From contig JBODTK010000141.1 of assembly GCA_050613775.1 (NCBI GenBank), positions 186,001-250,000 on the forward strand: DNA of 64,000 bases, read 5' to 3'. The translations under genes and the position numbers were made by a program. Origin of the DNA: Neocallimastix sp. 'constans' (taxonomy: Eukaryota). Of this stretch, positions 20,296 to 33,235 are shown in pieces (the first letter of the stretch is position 1; the number at the start of each line of letters is the position of its first letter). The notes beneath the pieces are model-generated. The model was not told the DNA's origin. It ran no database searches and was given only the letters and a program-made list of their open reading frames with translations.

Positions 20296-23069
20296 ATGGA
20301 ACAAGACAATTTTATTAATAATAATTCTGCTTTTAAAACTGGCTTTTCTGGAGACCGTCGTTTCTTTAAAGGATTTTTAGCCAAGATTGAGTTAGTTTTT
20401 ATGCTATATCCTGACAGATTTGCTGATGACGAAACAAAAGTTGTATACTTGATAACCCAACTCTATTGTTCAGCTATGAATTGGGCTGCATCTCTGATAG
20501 AAAACAGAGATCCATGCTTGAACAACTATGAAGCATTTGTTGGAAGACTTAAAGCTATGTTTGGAAACAATGATGCCACCTTCGTAGCAAATCAAAAGTT
20601 ACGAACAATTAAGCAAAAAAGACTTGGAGACATTAGAAACTATATTCTTGAATTCAACAAGTATGCTGATGAGTCTTCATGGAATGAAGATGCTAAAATG
20701 GACGCATCTATTGCCGGATTAAATGATCAAATAGCTACTAAGATACTTGAAATGTTCCCTGGTCCCCAATCCCTTTATACTCTACAAACAATTGCTGCTA
20801 GACTTGATTCTCGACTTTCAACCAGAAGGCAATTCTTCAATCCTCAAAATCATTCAAATAATAACAATAATAATAGAAGACATCCACCCAAAGGAAAACC
20901 AAAATTCAATATTCACAATTCATTATCAAAAGAAGAAAAAGATAGAAGAAGAAAAGAAAATCTTTGCATGTACTGTGGTTCTTCTGAACATTCACTTAAT
21001 AACTGTCCCTTAAGAAATAAATTCAAAAGCTCTTCAAGTAATGTGCACATCAGCAATCCAGAACCTACTACTATTCCCAGACCAAGAATTTCTGATCTCC
21101 TGAACGTAAAACTTCCAATTTATGAATTTACTATTAAAGCTAATAATTCTAAAACAAAAACCAAAATTCTCCTTGATTCAGGATCTTAACTCAACTTAAT
21201 CGATGTTTATTTTGTTAAAGAATATCATATCCCTTACTCTATTCAATCTGATTTCCCTAGAGTTACTATAATTGGAGGTAAACAACAAATCTTAGGAAAA
21301 ACCTCACATGTTTCCATTCAATATGAAAACCATATTTGTAAAACACAATTTTATGTAGTTGACTTTCCATCTTATTGTGCTATTCTTGGAACAGAATGGC
21401 TTTTTACTCATAACCCTACTATAGACTTTACTTCAAATAAACTTTTTTTTAAATCAAATCATTGCATTGCTAACTGTCTTGTTATTCCATCTTCTTTTAC
21501 TGCTTCTATTTATACTGAAGAATATAACTCAAATAAGAATGAAGAACATAATGAAGCAAATAATAATATTCAAAAAACATTACCTGCAAAACTTCTTCCA
21601 TTCAAATATGTATTTGACGAAAAATCTGCTAATGAATTACCAGAAAACTTCTGTGCTATTACTTCTTTTGTTTCTTCCCTCAATGATCAAATTTTAAATG
21701 AATGCAAAAATGATGAATTTTATTCTGACATTTGTAATGAATTAAATTCAGATGATTCCAACAATTCTAGATTAAAAAGCTTTTCTATTAGTAACAGTTT
21801 TCTTCTGTTTAAAAATAAAATCTATGTTCCTCCAAAATGTCGTTCTACCGTTCTTAACATCTACCATGATTCTCCCTCAGCTGGTCATTATGGAATTAAG
21901 AAAACTTCTTCTCTAATATATCGTGACTTTTGGTGGCCTTCTCTTTACTCTGATGTTAAAAATTACATTCGTTCTTGTGATACTTGTTCGCGTTCAAAAG
22001 ATTTTAAACATAAACCCTATGGTTTTCTCCAACCTCTCTTTCTATGGACTTTATTACAGACGTTCCATTATCTAATGGTTTTACTTGCATTTTTGTAGTG
22101 ATTGACCGCTTTACTAAAATGGGTCATTTTATTCCTTTCCCAAAACTTCCTTATGCTATTGATTCTGCTACCTCTTTTATGAACAATATTTTTCGCCTTC
22201 ATGGACTTCCTTCTGAAATTATTTCTGATAGAGACACCCAATTCACCTCTAAATTTTGGTCTGCTATTTGTAAGTCTTTTCGAATAAACATGAAACTTGC
22301 TTCTCCTTTTCACCATCAAACCAACGGTTTAACGGAGAGGGTAAACTCCGTTATCGAACAATATCTAAGATGCTATGCTAATTTTCGTGGCTCTGACTGG
22401 TCAAAATATTTATTTCTTGCAGAATTTAGTTATAATAATGCAGTACAAGAATCAATTAAACATTCCCCATTTTTTGCAAATTATGGCTACAATCCAAGAC
22501 ATTCACCTGCAATTCCTAGTAGTTCAAATGTACCATGAACTGATGAAATAATAAAAGATTTTTCAGAATTAACCAAAGAACTAAAAGAAAACTTAAAGAA
22601 AGCAAGTAAGAAACAAGAACAATTTGCAAATAAACATCGATCTGATGCACCAAATTTTAAACTTGGTGATAAAGTATGGTTGAACAGCTCACTTGTAATA
22701 CATAAAGGTAATAAAAAATTAAGAACTAGAAAACTTGGACCTTTTAAAATTATCAAGAAAATCTCACCTGTATCGTACCAATTAGAATTACCAAACAACT
22801 TAAAAATACACTCTGTGATTCATGTATCCGAACTTGTACCCTATTATGAAGATAACTTTGGTAGAAAACAAGAACCACCACCACCAATAAGTATAAATGA
22901 AGAAGAAGAATTTGAAGTAGAGGAAATTCTTGATGTAAGAAAACATTATGGAAAAACACAATATCTTATAAAATGGAAAGGTTATCCATTATCCGATGCA
23001 TCCTGGGAACCCGAAAGCAATCTTAACTGTCCAGAACTTATTAAAAAATTCAATGAAAATAAATAATTA
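20296..23069 (+). pseudogene. Chromovirus (Ty3/gypsy with chromodomain) gag-PR-IN-CHD, with RT and RNase H deleted (element G2)
   Basis: Retrotrans_gag-like ORF, CMYCGSSEHSLNNC knuckle, LLDSGS followed by a premature TAA, ILGTEWL. The sequence jumps from DEKSANELP directly to the pre-integrase region. HDSPSAGH..CDTC, MDFITD..DRFTKMGHF, LGPFKI, chromodomain FEVEEILD..YLIKWKGY..SWEP. Confidence 0.93.
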
Positions 23070-23357
23070 TACATTATATTTTTTTAACTGTAATCAATAT
23101 TATTATTATCATTTATAGTTTAATATTTTTATTTTATACAAAAAAAAAAAAAATAAATGTATCTTAGATAGTTCCTTTTTACATACTATATTTTTAAATC
23201 TAAATATTTCATGTATTTTATTATTAACATGTATTTGAAAATTTACTCATGTATAATTCTTTGATTAACAATTTATTTGATATATTATTAATATAGATTA
23301 GTTTTTATTATTTTAAAAATAATTTAAATTTAAGATTCGTCTGGTATCCGAATCCTT

Positions 23358-23387
23358 GAGGAGGACCATGTAACGAATACTAAAATT
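23358..23387 (+). promoter_or_regulatory. PPT and 19-nt stub of the G2 3' LTR
   Basis: GAGGAGGA followed by TGTAACGAATACTAAAATT; the same sequence starts at 448. Confidence 0.7.
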
Positions 23388-23773
23388 TGTAAAAGGAAAT
23401 CTTGGTATAGCTGTTAGAGCTATAGTCATGAATCGAACTACTCGAGTTCGATTCACACTTAAACCTACTTTTTGAATATTTTATTTTCATTGTTCTAGTT
23501 AATTCTTTCTGTATTTTCTTTAAGAATTTCATAGAAATTCTTAATAATTAAATTGAATTTTTTATTTTATTTTATCCTTTCTTCCATTAGTTTCTAAATT
23601 AACCGAGAAAAACAGTTTTAAACGATTTTTCTAAGATTCTAAAATTTTTGAAAATCATACAATCTGTTTTTCCGTAAAAAGTATAAATATGAGTAAATTT
23701 TCACAAAAGAAATATTTTTAATTCGTGCTTTTATTAATTAATCAATTAATAATAAGTAATTTGATATATTACA
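23388..23773 (+). mobile_element. Solo LTR (386 bp) related to insertion B
   Basis: TGTAA...TTACA termini with AAATT on both sides. Shares the double hairpin and TATAAATATGAGTAAA with 6378-6931 (minus). Confidence 0.68.
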
Positions 23774-25273
23774 AAATTAGTTAATTAATTAATAAATAAT
23801 TACTTTAATAAATTTTACTTTAATAAATTAATAAAACAAAATTTTTTTAAAAAACATTTCAACTTATTATTAATTTTCCAGTGTTGCCTATTGCTATAAG
23901 TGACTAGCGCGTTACAATTACAATAATTTGTGTCATAATTGAATTTTCTTGTATCATCTATAGTTTTAAATTCTAAATATTGATTATCATTATTATCTTC
24001 TTTTTCTTCTTCTGAAGTGGTGCTTATTTCACATAAATTTATTTCTTTGATACTATTTTCAGTTTCAATTAAATTTATTTCTTTTATTTTAACTATACTA
24101 CTATCGCTATTCCGAATCACTGTCGTAACATAATTCAATGTCATTTATCTCATCAACTGAAATATTTAATTTTTGGAATTGTTCTGCTATGTGTTTAATA
24201 TTGTTATGAGGATTCTTAGGGTTAAAGGGGCAGTTGTAAACTAATGGTTTTCACTATCACATAAATAACAGCGCTTTTTCTTATTATTTATACTTCCTTT
24301 ATTATTGAATTTCTCGCAGATATCGTCTTCATCACAACTTTCGTAATTATTGCCTTTGTCTTTATTTTTATTCTTATTTTTTCCTTTAGGTATTTATGAT
24401 ATTTCTTCTTCTTTTTCTTTATTTTTTCCCGGGATAAAGATTCTACGATTTCTAATTTGCTTCTTCATATCTTCTAATATTTCATCGACGTCTTCTGAGA
24501 TACTGTATCTTATTTCTAAGAAATTTAATTGTTTCTCTGGTAGTCCTTTAAACAAGTAGTTTAATTTTTCTCTATTGCTAATTTTATTATTTAATTTTCT
24601 AAAAATTCTTCGATGTATTCTAAAGTTTCTTTATCGCTTTCGGCCCTCATATTTTCTAATCTTCTGTAGAGTTTTGGTATTTCATTGAATTCTTCTTCGT
24701 GGTATTTCTTCTTGAGTCCCTTTAATATTAAGTATGCTGAAATTTTTTCTTCTTCCTTACTTCTAATAAAGGATTTTATTTTTGCATCAACAAATTTTCT
24801 TAAAAAACTCAAAACTTTGAAGTTGTTCATTTTATGTTCCTTAATTTTGTTTTCACCTTCTTCAGATAAGATATCATTTCCCTTCTTATCTTTGGTTGTA
24901 TATTTTTTCTCTACTTCTTTTACTATATCATCTATGTTTTTTTCTACATATTCACTTAATCCAGCGCCTTGGAGTTCGAGGATAAAGTCTTCATACCATT
25001 CATCGTAGTTATCTTCTATTAGGACATATTCCATCCTATTAAGAACTATTCTAGTTGTTCTGTCATTTTATAAATGTATTAATATATTTCTAATATTATT
25101 TAATGAATTTGTTTATTAATTACAAATTGCTAATTACTATTTCTAAATTCTAATTACTAAATTATATAAGAAACATTCAAATACTAATTTCCTAATTCTG
25201 ATGTGTTTCTTATTTACTTATGTGTATATTTAAGTGTTGTTAATCTTAAATATCCTAATTATACTATGTTGTT

Positions 25274-25395
25274 AAATTACTAAATTACTAAATTACTAAA
25301 TTGTAAATTACTAAGTTACTAAATTACTAATTGCTAAATTGCTAAATTACTAAGTTAATAAGTTACTAAGTTACTAAATTACTAAATTACTAAAT
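25274..25395. repeat. 7-8-bp tandem repeat (TAAATTAC/TAAGTTAC)n in the C2 leader
   Basis: About 15 consecutive degenerate units read directly. Confidence 0.8.
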
Positions 25396-25445
25396 TTCCT
25401 AATTAACTAAGTATTCTAAATTTCTACACAAACTTATCGAGTCAA

Positions 25446-25461
25446 ATGAGACTCTTAATCT
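25446..25461 (-). promoter_or_regulatory. PBS of C2, complementary to the tRNA-Lys(CUU) anticodon arm
   Basis: The plus strand reads ATGAGACTCTTAATCT, abutting the LTR terminal CA. Confidence 0.85.
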
Positions 25462-27368
25462 GTTAAAAATCTCAATATTTGTTTATTTATTAACTTTATT
25501 TATTTTAAAGCAAAAGGCTTATTTTTTAAGAATACATAATTTAATGTTATTTATACATACAAAATACATCTGATGGATCATACATGTTTTAATATTAACT
25601 ATATAAAAGAGGCTTATAAAAATAAAAATTTTTTAAAACTATATTCATAAACTATATAAACTATATAAACTATATATTAATATATTATATCCTATTTATT
25701 TATAATAAACTATTTAATATTTAAAATTATAATAAAAGTTGTAATAAAATAAAAATATTAATTAAAATGTTAATTAAATTTATAAACTAAAAATACTAAT
25801 TTTCTAACAATTTTATAATTTCTTGGAATAGTTTATTAATAATATTTTCACTTACTTCCAAGAGGGTCTTCTTGGAAATAGTGAAGTTTAATAAAAATAA
25901 AATAGAATAAAATAAACAGTAAATTTTATAAAGCATGTAAATTATTAATAAAAATAAAATATAATAAATAGTAGAAATATAAGTATTAGTACAGATTGAA
26001 TAAAATAATATAATATCATATAAAATAAGTAGTGAAGTTATATAAAAGAGTAAGGCATTAATAAAAATCAAATAAATAGTTAAGTAATATATATGAGTAA
26101 AGTACTAATAAAAATAAAATAAATAGTAAAGTAATATAAATGAGTAAAGTATTAATAAAAATAAAGTAAAATAACATAAATAATGAAGTAATATAAAAGA
26201 ATAAAGTATTAATAAAAATAAAAATAAAATAAAGAAATATAAAAGAGTAAAGTATTTATAAAAATAAAATAAAATAAATAATAAAGTACTATAAACAAAT
26301 AAATTATTAATAAAAATAAAATAAATAATAAAAATATAAATATGAAGTACAGATTAAATACAATAAAATAAATAGAGAAATATAAATGTAAAACACATAT
26401 AGAATGAAATAAAATAAATAGTAAAAATAAAACAAAATAAAATAAAATAAAATAAATAAAATAAAAATATAAATATAAATAAAAAGGCTTAATGAATTTT
26501 TTACGAATATTAACATTAAAAAAAAATTTTTTTTTATTCCAATAAGATTATTTAAAATAATAAATGTATATAAATGAAAAAATCATATTTTATTTATTAT
26601 TTCTGTTAATACGTTATTAATTCTAATTATATTTCTATAATATTATAATTTAAAATAATTTTTTTTTTTTTTTTTTAAATTAATTTTAAATAAATCAATC
26701 AATATTACAAATATAAATATACCATAAAAAAATTTTTTTTTTTATTATTTTCATATATATCTTTTTAGAAAATATATAAATAAAATAAATAAAAAATAAA
26801 ATAAGTAAAAAAAAAAAAAAAAAATAAGTAAATAAAATAAATAATTTGAAGAAAGAACATAATAATAAAGTATATCAAAATTATCAAAAAATTTCCAATA
26901 AATAGTTTAAAAAAAATTATATGTATATATACTTTTTTATTTTAGATTATTATTTAAAATATAAAACATTATTATGGAAATTTATTATTATAAAAAACTA
27001 ATAATAAATAGTATAAATTTTAAAATTAAAAAAAAAAATAATTATTTACATATATTGTCCATAATATATATATATATGTATATATATATATATTTTTCTC
27101 TTTTTCTTCATTCTCCCTTTTTAATATTGTTTATAAAAATATATATTGAATAATCATTTTATTTATTTTAATTGATTGCCATTCAACTTTTAATTATTAT
27201 AAAAAAAATATAGATTATCATTTAATATACAGCACTTTTTTTATTCATTTATTTATTGAAAAAGAAGACTTTTATTTTCAATGTATTTAAGTGAAATGAA
27301 ATAGAAAAGAAAAAAGCAAAAAGAGAGGGAAAAAAAAAAAAAGTTTAAAGATATAATTCAGTACGTTT

Positions 27369-27980
27369 TTATTTGTAATATTTTTCAGTTCCACCGTATC
27401 CTTTTAATATTTTTCCTTTTTTTGTTTTGTTTATAAAACTTGCTAAACGTTTGTTAAATTTATCAGGATATTTTCTTGCAGCATCAATATAGCTGATACG
27501 TATTCTTTTATAACTGTCAGAAAAATTTTGATAATGTTTCCAGGCTTCTTCATCAGCCTTAATTTCATCTAAAATATCTTTTGGAAATTTATATTCTTTT
27601 TTCATGATATCAACTACGGATTCTCTTATTTTAGGGTGAATCATATCTTGCTCATCAAGCCATATTAATCTTTCAATATTTAATCTTGAATAGGAACTAC
27701 CAATTCTTCGTGGAGTAAATCTTTGAGCACGATGAAGTGGGTCAATATATTTTATTGTACTATCAATCCATCCAAAACAAAGAGCTTCCTCCACTGCATC
27801 ATTGTAAGGAAGTATTTCTTCCCCTGATTTTTTTAATGGAAAAACAAACCATATTTCTTTCTTTTTTTCAAAGTTTTTGGAAAGCCATCGTCGCCATTTT
27901 TTTCTATCGCTTGTATAAAAGGTTTCAATATCTTTTTTTGTCTTTTCAATTTCTTTTTTTTTTTTTTCCGTTTTTTTCAT
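27369..27980 (-). CDS. YdeI/OmpD-associated family protein (bacterial type), intronless
   Basis: Family motifs WRRWL..N....EIW, YNDAVEEALCFGWIDS, RFTPRR..S.YS.LN.ER, and a C-terminal OmdA-like P.DI...IKADEEAW..YQNFSDSYKR..I.YI..A. Confidence 0.9.
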   Translation of the reverse strand: MKKTEKKKKEIEKTKKDIETFYTSDRKKWRRWLSKNFEKKKEIWFVFPLKKSGEEILPYNDAVEEALCFGWIDSTIKYIDPLHRAQRFTPRRIGSSYSRLNIERLIWLDEQDMIHPKIRESVVDIMKKEYKFPKDILDEIKADEEAWKHYQNFSDSYKRIRISYIDAARKYPDKFNKRLASFINKTKKGKILKGYGGTEKYYK

Positions 27981-28638
27981 AACTAAGTTTATTATTATTT
28001 TTAAATAATGTCAATATTTTGCTTACTTCTTTCTTTTTTTTTTTTTTTAAACAAGAAATATTAATAATTATTTCTTAAATATTAAATATTGGAAAATAAA
28101 AATGAAAATGAAATAAAAAATAAGAATGAAATAAAAAATAAAAATAAAATAAAAAATAAAAACAAAATAAAAAATAAAAACAAAATAAAAAATAAAATAA
28201 AATAAAAAATAAAAATAAAATAAAAAATAAAATAAAATAAAAATAAAATACAAATAGAATATTACTTAGCAGTTTTTTTATGAGATAAAGACATTGAATA
28301 ATAAATTTTATTTATTTATTTATTTACTATTATTTATTTATTTATTTATTAATTCAATAATTAATTTATAGTTAATAAATAATGATGTATTACTCGATAA
28401 ATATAAAGATGAAGACATGAATGTTTAATCTTATTTATTTATTTATTTATTTATATAATAAAATGTATATTACTCTATTATTCTTTCGTAACTAATAAGC
28501 AATGTATTCGTTTTAAACGTCAACTGAATTTTGAATGTGAATAATTCTATATCATTTTTTCACTTTTTCCATGTACATATATATATTATATATATATACT
28601 TATTTTATATTATTATTAGTATATTAGTATTGATACCA

Positions 28639-28674
<36 letters not shown>

Positions 28675-28954
28675 CTACGTAATATTTAATTCATTTTAAT
28701 TTTATTTTTTTTTTTAAAAAAATATATATATATAATATTTTTTTTTCTTATAATTTGAAAAGTATCAATATAATATATTTGATACATATCTGTGCACTTG
28801 TTTTTTTTAAAAAAAAAAAAAAAATATTTATTTTTGATCTACAACATAATATGTTTTAAATATTAAAACTTAATTATTATGTTTAACTATTTCAATAAAT
28901 AAATAATAATCTATTTCTATTTTTGATATATAATCTATATATTAAAAATAAAAT

Positions 28955-30324
28955 CTATTCACTTAATAAATTAATAATATCATTAGCAAAATTAAAAGAA
29001 GAATCATTAGCAATAACAACGTCATATACATTTTTAAACTTTTCTATATTCTTTTCAATATCAATATTTAAGAATCCAAAAGATAAAACTTGTTCATGAT
29101 CAATAGATTTAGACATAGCAATATCACCTAGATTGTCACCAAATAATAGTATATTCTTTCTATCTATAATATATTTTTCATAAGGACTTCCTTTAAAATT
29201 AAATTGATATTTATTTAATGAATGAATAATGGGTTCAGAAAAGGCAACACAAATTCCTGTTTCTGGTGAGAATATCATTTGATTTGATTTGATATATAAT
29301 TTTTCATATATTAAATTATTTTGTTTTAGAATTCTTTCAATAATATCTATTTTCCCATAAATAAATAACATTAACATAAATAATAAAATTATATATCAAA
29401 CATATATAATATATAATTATTATAATAATTTTAATAATATAATAATTATTTTTAATAATATATTATTAAATCATTTTTTAAAATTTGAATAATAATAAAT
29501 AAATAAATAAATAAATAAATAAATATGATGATAATAATTATATACATATTAATTTTATTATTAAAAAAAGATATTCAAATATAAATATAAATATTATTAC
29601 TCTGAACCCCAGCTGATGGAATTAATATTGGAATACCATTTGATTTACAAATTTTAAAAAATTCAATAAAACCATCTCTAAACGATATTGGTCTGGTTCT
29701 TATCATTTCATCTAATGATTCTTGTGTTAATTTTTGTTCAATAATATTATCATGTTCTTTTGTCCACCATTCTACCATATATTTGTATTTTTCTTTATAA
29801 CTAATTTCATTACTAATTTCATATGGATAATATATATTGAATAATTCTTTGGAACGATTTCTTGCCTTTTTTTTAAAAAAAAAAAAAATAAAATAAAATA
29901 AAATAAAATAAAAATAAATAATAATATTTTTTTTTATATATATTTTATTGATCATTAATACATATATTAAATTAATTTATATTAATTTAATTAATAGACT
30001 AATTGTTCCTTTTTTATTCAATTTATTAAATCTTCTTTTATTCAACTAAATTTAATAATTACATTAAGAATTTATAGTAAAACTAACTTCTTCTGAAAGT
30101 AAAGGATTTCCTCCTATAACGCCATGAGAAGATGGAGTTCGTTGTCCATCTTTCCAATATCTTGTAATAGTCATGTCAAAATCTGAAACAATTTGAACAT
30201 TTTTTTTTCCATCTCTAATTAATTTTTTTAATTTTATTATAAAGCCTTCTTTATCTTTTATAAAAATGTTTTTATCATTAACATACTTTTCTAATAATTG
30301 ATTAATAATAGATATATCATCCAT
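28955..30324 (-). CDS. NT5C3: Cytosolic/pyrimidine 5'-nucleotidase III (HAD, UMPH-1 family); exons 30324-30088, 29865-29601, 29346-28955
   Basis: VSDFDMTIT, YYPYEI, MVEWW, SAG, IHSLNK, LFGDNLGDIAM, GFLN. GT-AG introns are in phase, giving 297 aa. Confidence 0.92.
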
Positions 30325-30622
30325 TTCTTATAATAATAAAAAATTGAAATATGGAATTTTAGAATTATATATAATAATTCTTTAATATATTTTCCCCAAT
30401 AATTTATACTAAGAATTATAAATGAATTTAAAATTAATTTTTTTAAAAAATTCTTTTATTTTGAATTTACAAATTATTTATTATGCTATAAATAATAAAA
30501 AAATGATTAAAAATTTAAATATATATATATATGTTGTAATTGTTTTTTATATTAAATATTGAATATAAAACTATTTAAATTTTTTTTTTAAAAAAAAAAA
30601 AATACACCAAAACAAATAATAA

Positions 30623-30665
<43 letters not shown>

Positions 30666-31377
30666 TAAACTACAAATTATTAATTAATATATTTTCATTC
30701 TTAAAAACTTTTTAAATTAAAATTAACTTTTTTGGAAATTATTAATTATTTAATACTTGTTTCATTAATGTCCTAACCCAAATAATAAATTAATAAAGCT
30801 TTTTTACATACATTTGCATACATAATAACATGCTTTATGTTTTTTATGTTTTAACTAATAAAGTAACTTTGATTTACACATTTAAAAATATGATTTAAAT
30901 GACATGTCACAAAAATGATTTTTCAAAATAAATAATAATTAAATGTTTAAATAAAAAATTATAAACTTAACATTTATTAATATTAATTATACAATTATTA
31001 TAAAATACTATTAATAAAAATTGCACAATATAAAAAAAAATTAATAATAATAAATATCAAATTTAAGAACGAAAAATATTTAAATTGTTTCTATATATTA
31101 CTATATATTACTATAGGAGACTTCCAGTTTGTTTTTATTGTTTTTGTTTTCTATTAATCATAATTTCAATTATTTATTTTTTTTTTTGCTTGTATTAGTT
31201 TTTACCGCTATCCATAAATTTTACTTTATTATGACATATTAAGATATATTTAAAAAATATGTATATATATTTAATATTTTATTTTTTATTTTAATTTTTT
31301 TTTTTTTAAATTAATAATATATGTATATATATATTGCTTTTTCTATATATAATTAATATATTATTAACACATTAGAG

Positions 31378-31410
<33 letters not shown>

Positions 31411-31451
31411 AATTATATATAAATATAATTTCATTTATTTTATTTTATTCA

Positions 31452-31490
<39 letters not shown>

Positions 31491-31499
31491 TTTATGTAA

Positions 31500-31541
31500 A
31501 GTTTGTGATTAAATCTTTTTAAAAAAATTTAATCACAAACT
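31500..31541. repeat. 42-bp near-perfect palindrome
   Basis: AGTTTGTGATTAAATCTTTTT|AAAAAAATTTAATCACAAACT, with one mismatch. Confidence 0.85.
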
Positions 31542-31609
31542 CTAATTTCACATTTAAATGTAAAAATAAAAAATGGATATATTTTATTGATTTATCAATG
31601 ATAGATAAA

Positions 31610-31727
<118 letters not shown>

Positions 31728-33065
31728 TTAATTTTAATTTTTTTTTTATTTTTTGAATAGAATATAAAATAAAAATAAAGATTAAAGTATAAAATATTGA
31801 AAAATATAAAAATTTGAATATATTAATTTTAACCAAATGAAAATTAGTTCATATAATATACTATTAATTTACTATTTCTCATTAATTAAATAATTAAAAA
31901 ATGAGTAATTATTAATATATATATTAAATTATTTAAATTTACCATTTTTATTAGTGATTAAATATAATCAGTATTAATAAATTATTTTTATATTTATTCG
32001 TTATTTATTCATATTAAATAATATTATAATATAATTGTTAAAATTATTATATAAAATATAAAACGGACACAAATTTATATAATATTTGGATATTTTTATT
32101 ATAGTTTCATAAAATCTTTGATATGGAAGGATAGATTTAAAATATATATATAAGAATTATATATATTTACTTTAAAGGCAACTTATTAAAAATCTATAAT
32201 ACTAATTACATGATTTATATAATAAATCCTTTATCTTTCTTTATTTTATTATATTACTACAATTATAAAAATAATTGTTACAAAAAAAAATTAATAATTA
32301 CATTAATATTAATAAACTATAACTAATAGGAAGAAAAGAAAATCATCTTGAATATTTTTTTAAATTATTATAAATTAAATTATATTTATATGATATTTAA
32401 AATAAACAAATAATTTTTATAAATTATATATCAAAGTTAAATTTCCTCCTTTTTTTTTTTTTTTTTCTTAATAATTTTAATTAATAATGATTATTTGTAA
32501 AGTGCCTATTTTATTATTTTTTATCTAATGTTTATTATTAATAGTTTTGTTATAATAATAATTTATTGTTAAATGTGAATTGTTAATAATTTTATTAGTA
32601 ATATTTTTAATATTATATTATTTATTATATATTATTTTTTAAAATTTTAGAATATTATATATTTTAAAAATTTTAAAAATAATTTTCCATTATATTCCAA
32701 TATATTATATAAATTTATTAATTTTAATTTTATTTAAATTTATATTATTTCTTTTCTTTATTTTTTATAAATTTAAAATAATTATTAATATACTATTATT
32801 ATTAGTCCATATAATATAATATATTCATAGTAATACATTCTAATTAAATTAGAATTAATCATCCATTTTAAATTTATTTTCTGTTAATTTTTTTTTAATT
32901 TTTCAACTTTGGAAAATTAAATTAAATGTACGAATATATAAATAATATATTATTTAATATATTTCATTTAATTTAAAATGAATTTTTGAAAGATTATTTA
33001 TATAAATTTTTAATCATTCATTTTAATAATTAATTAAATTTATTAATAATTATTAAATTTAGTTT

Positions 33066-33235
33066 ACCAATACTAATACTAAATACTAAATACTAACATT
33101 AATACTAAAACCAATACTAATACTAAATACTAATACTTATATTAATATTAAAACTAATACTAATACTAAATACTAAATACTAATAGTTATATTAATAATA
33201 AAACCAATACCAATACTTAATACTAATACTAATAA
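33066..33235. repeat. (TACTAA/TACTAAA)n minisatellite with a higher-order ~45-bp period
   Basis: Repeated AATACTAATACTAAATACTAA blocks separated by ATTAATA..AAAAC. Confidence 0.75.

Larger units (their letters stand above)
23860..25809 (-). mobile_element. Truncated Ty1/copia element C2 (5' LTR, PBS, gag; pol lost)
   Basis: LTR 25461-25809 (TGTTAG...TTAACA on minus) and the same PBS as C1. Gag ORF 24591-25034 (EDNYDEW), and a frameshifted knuckle CYLCDSENH..NCP near 24230-24270. Confidence 0.8.

Noticed and set aside
25796..28253. Phe/Tyr/Ile-rich ORFs (25796, 26307, 28068; also 33640, 34508, 45617, 57582, 58063)
   Set aside because: They translate A/T simple repeats; no evidence of coding.
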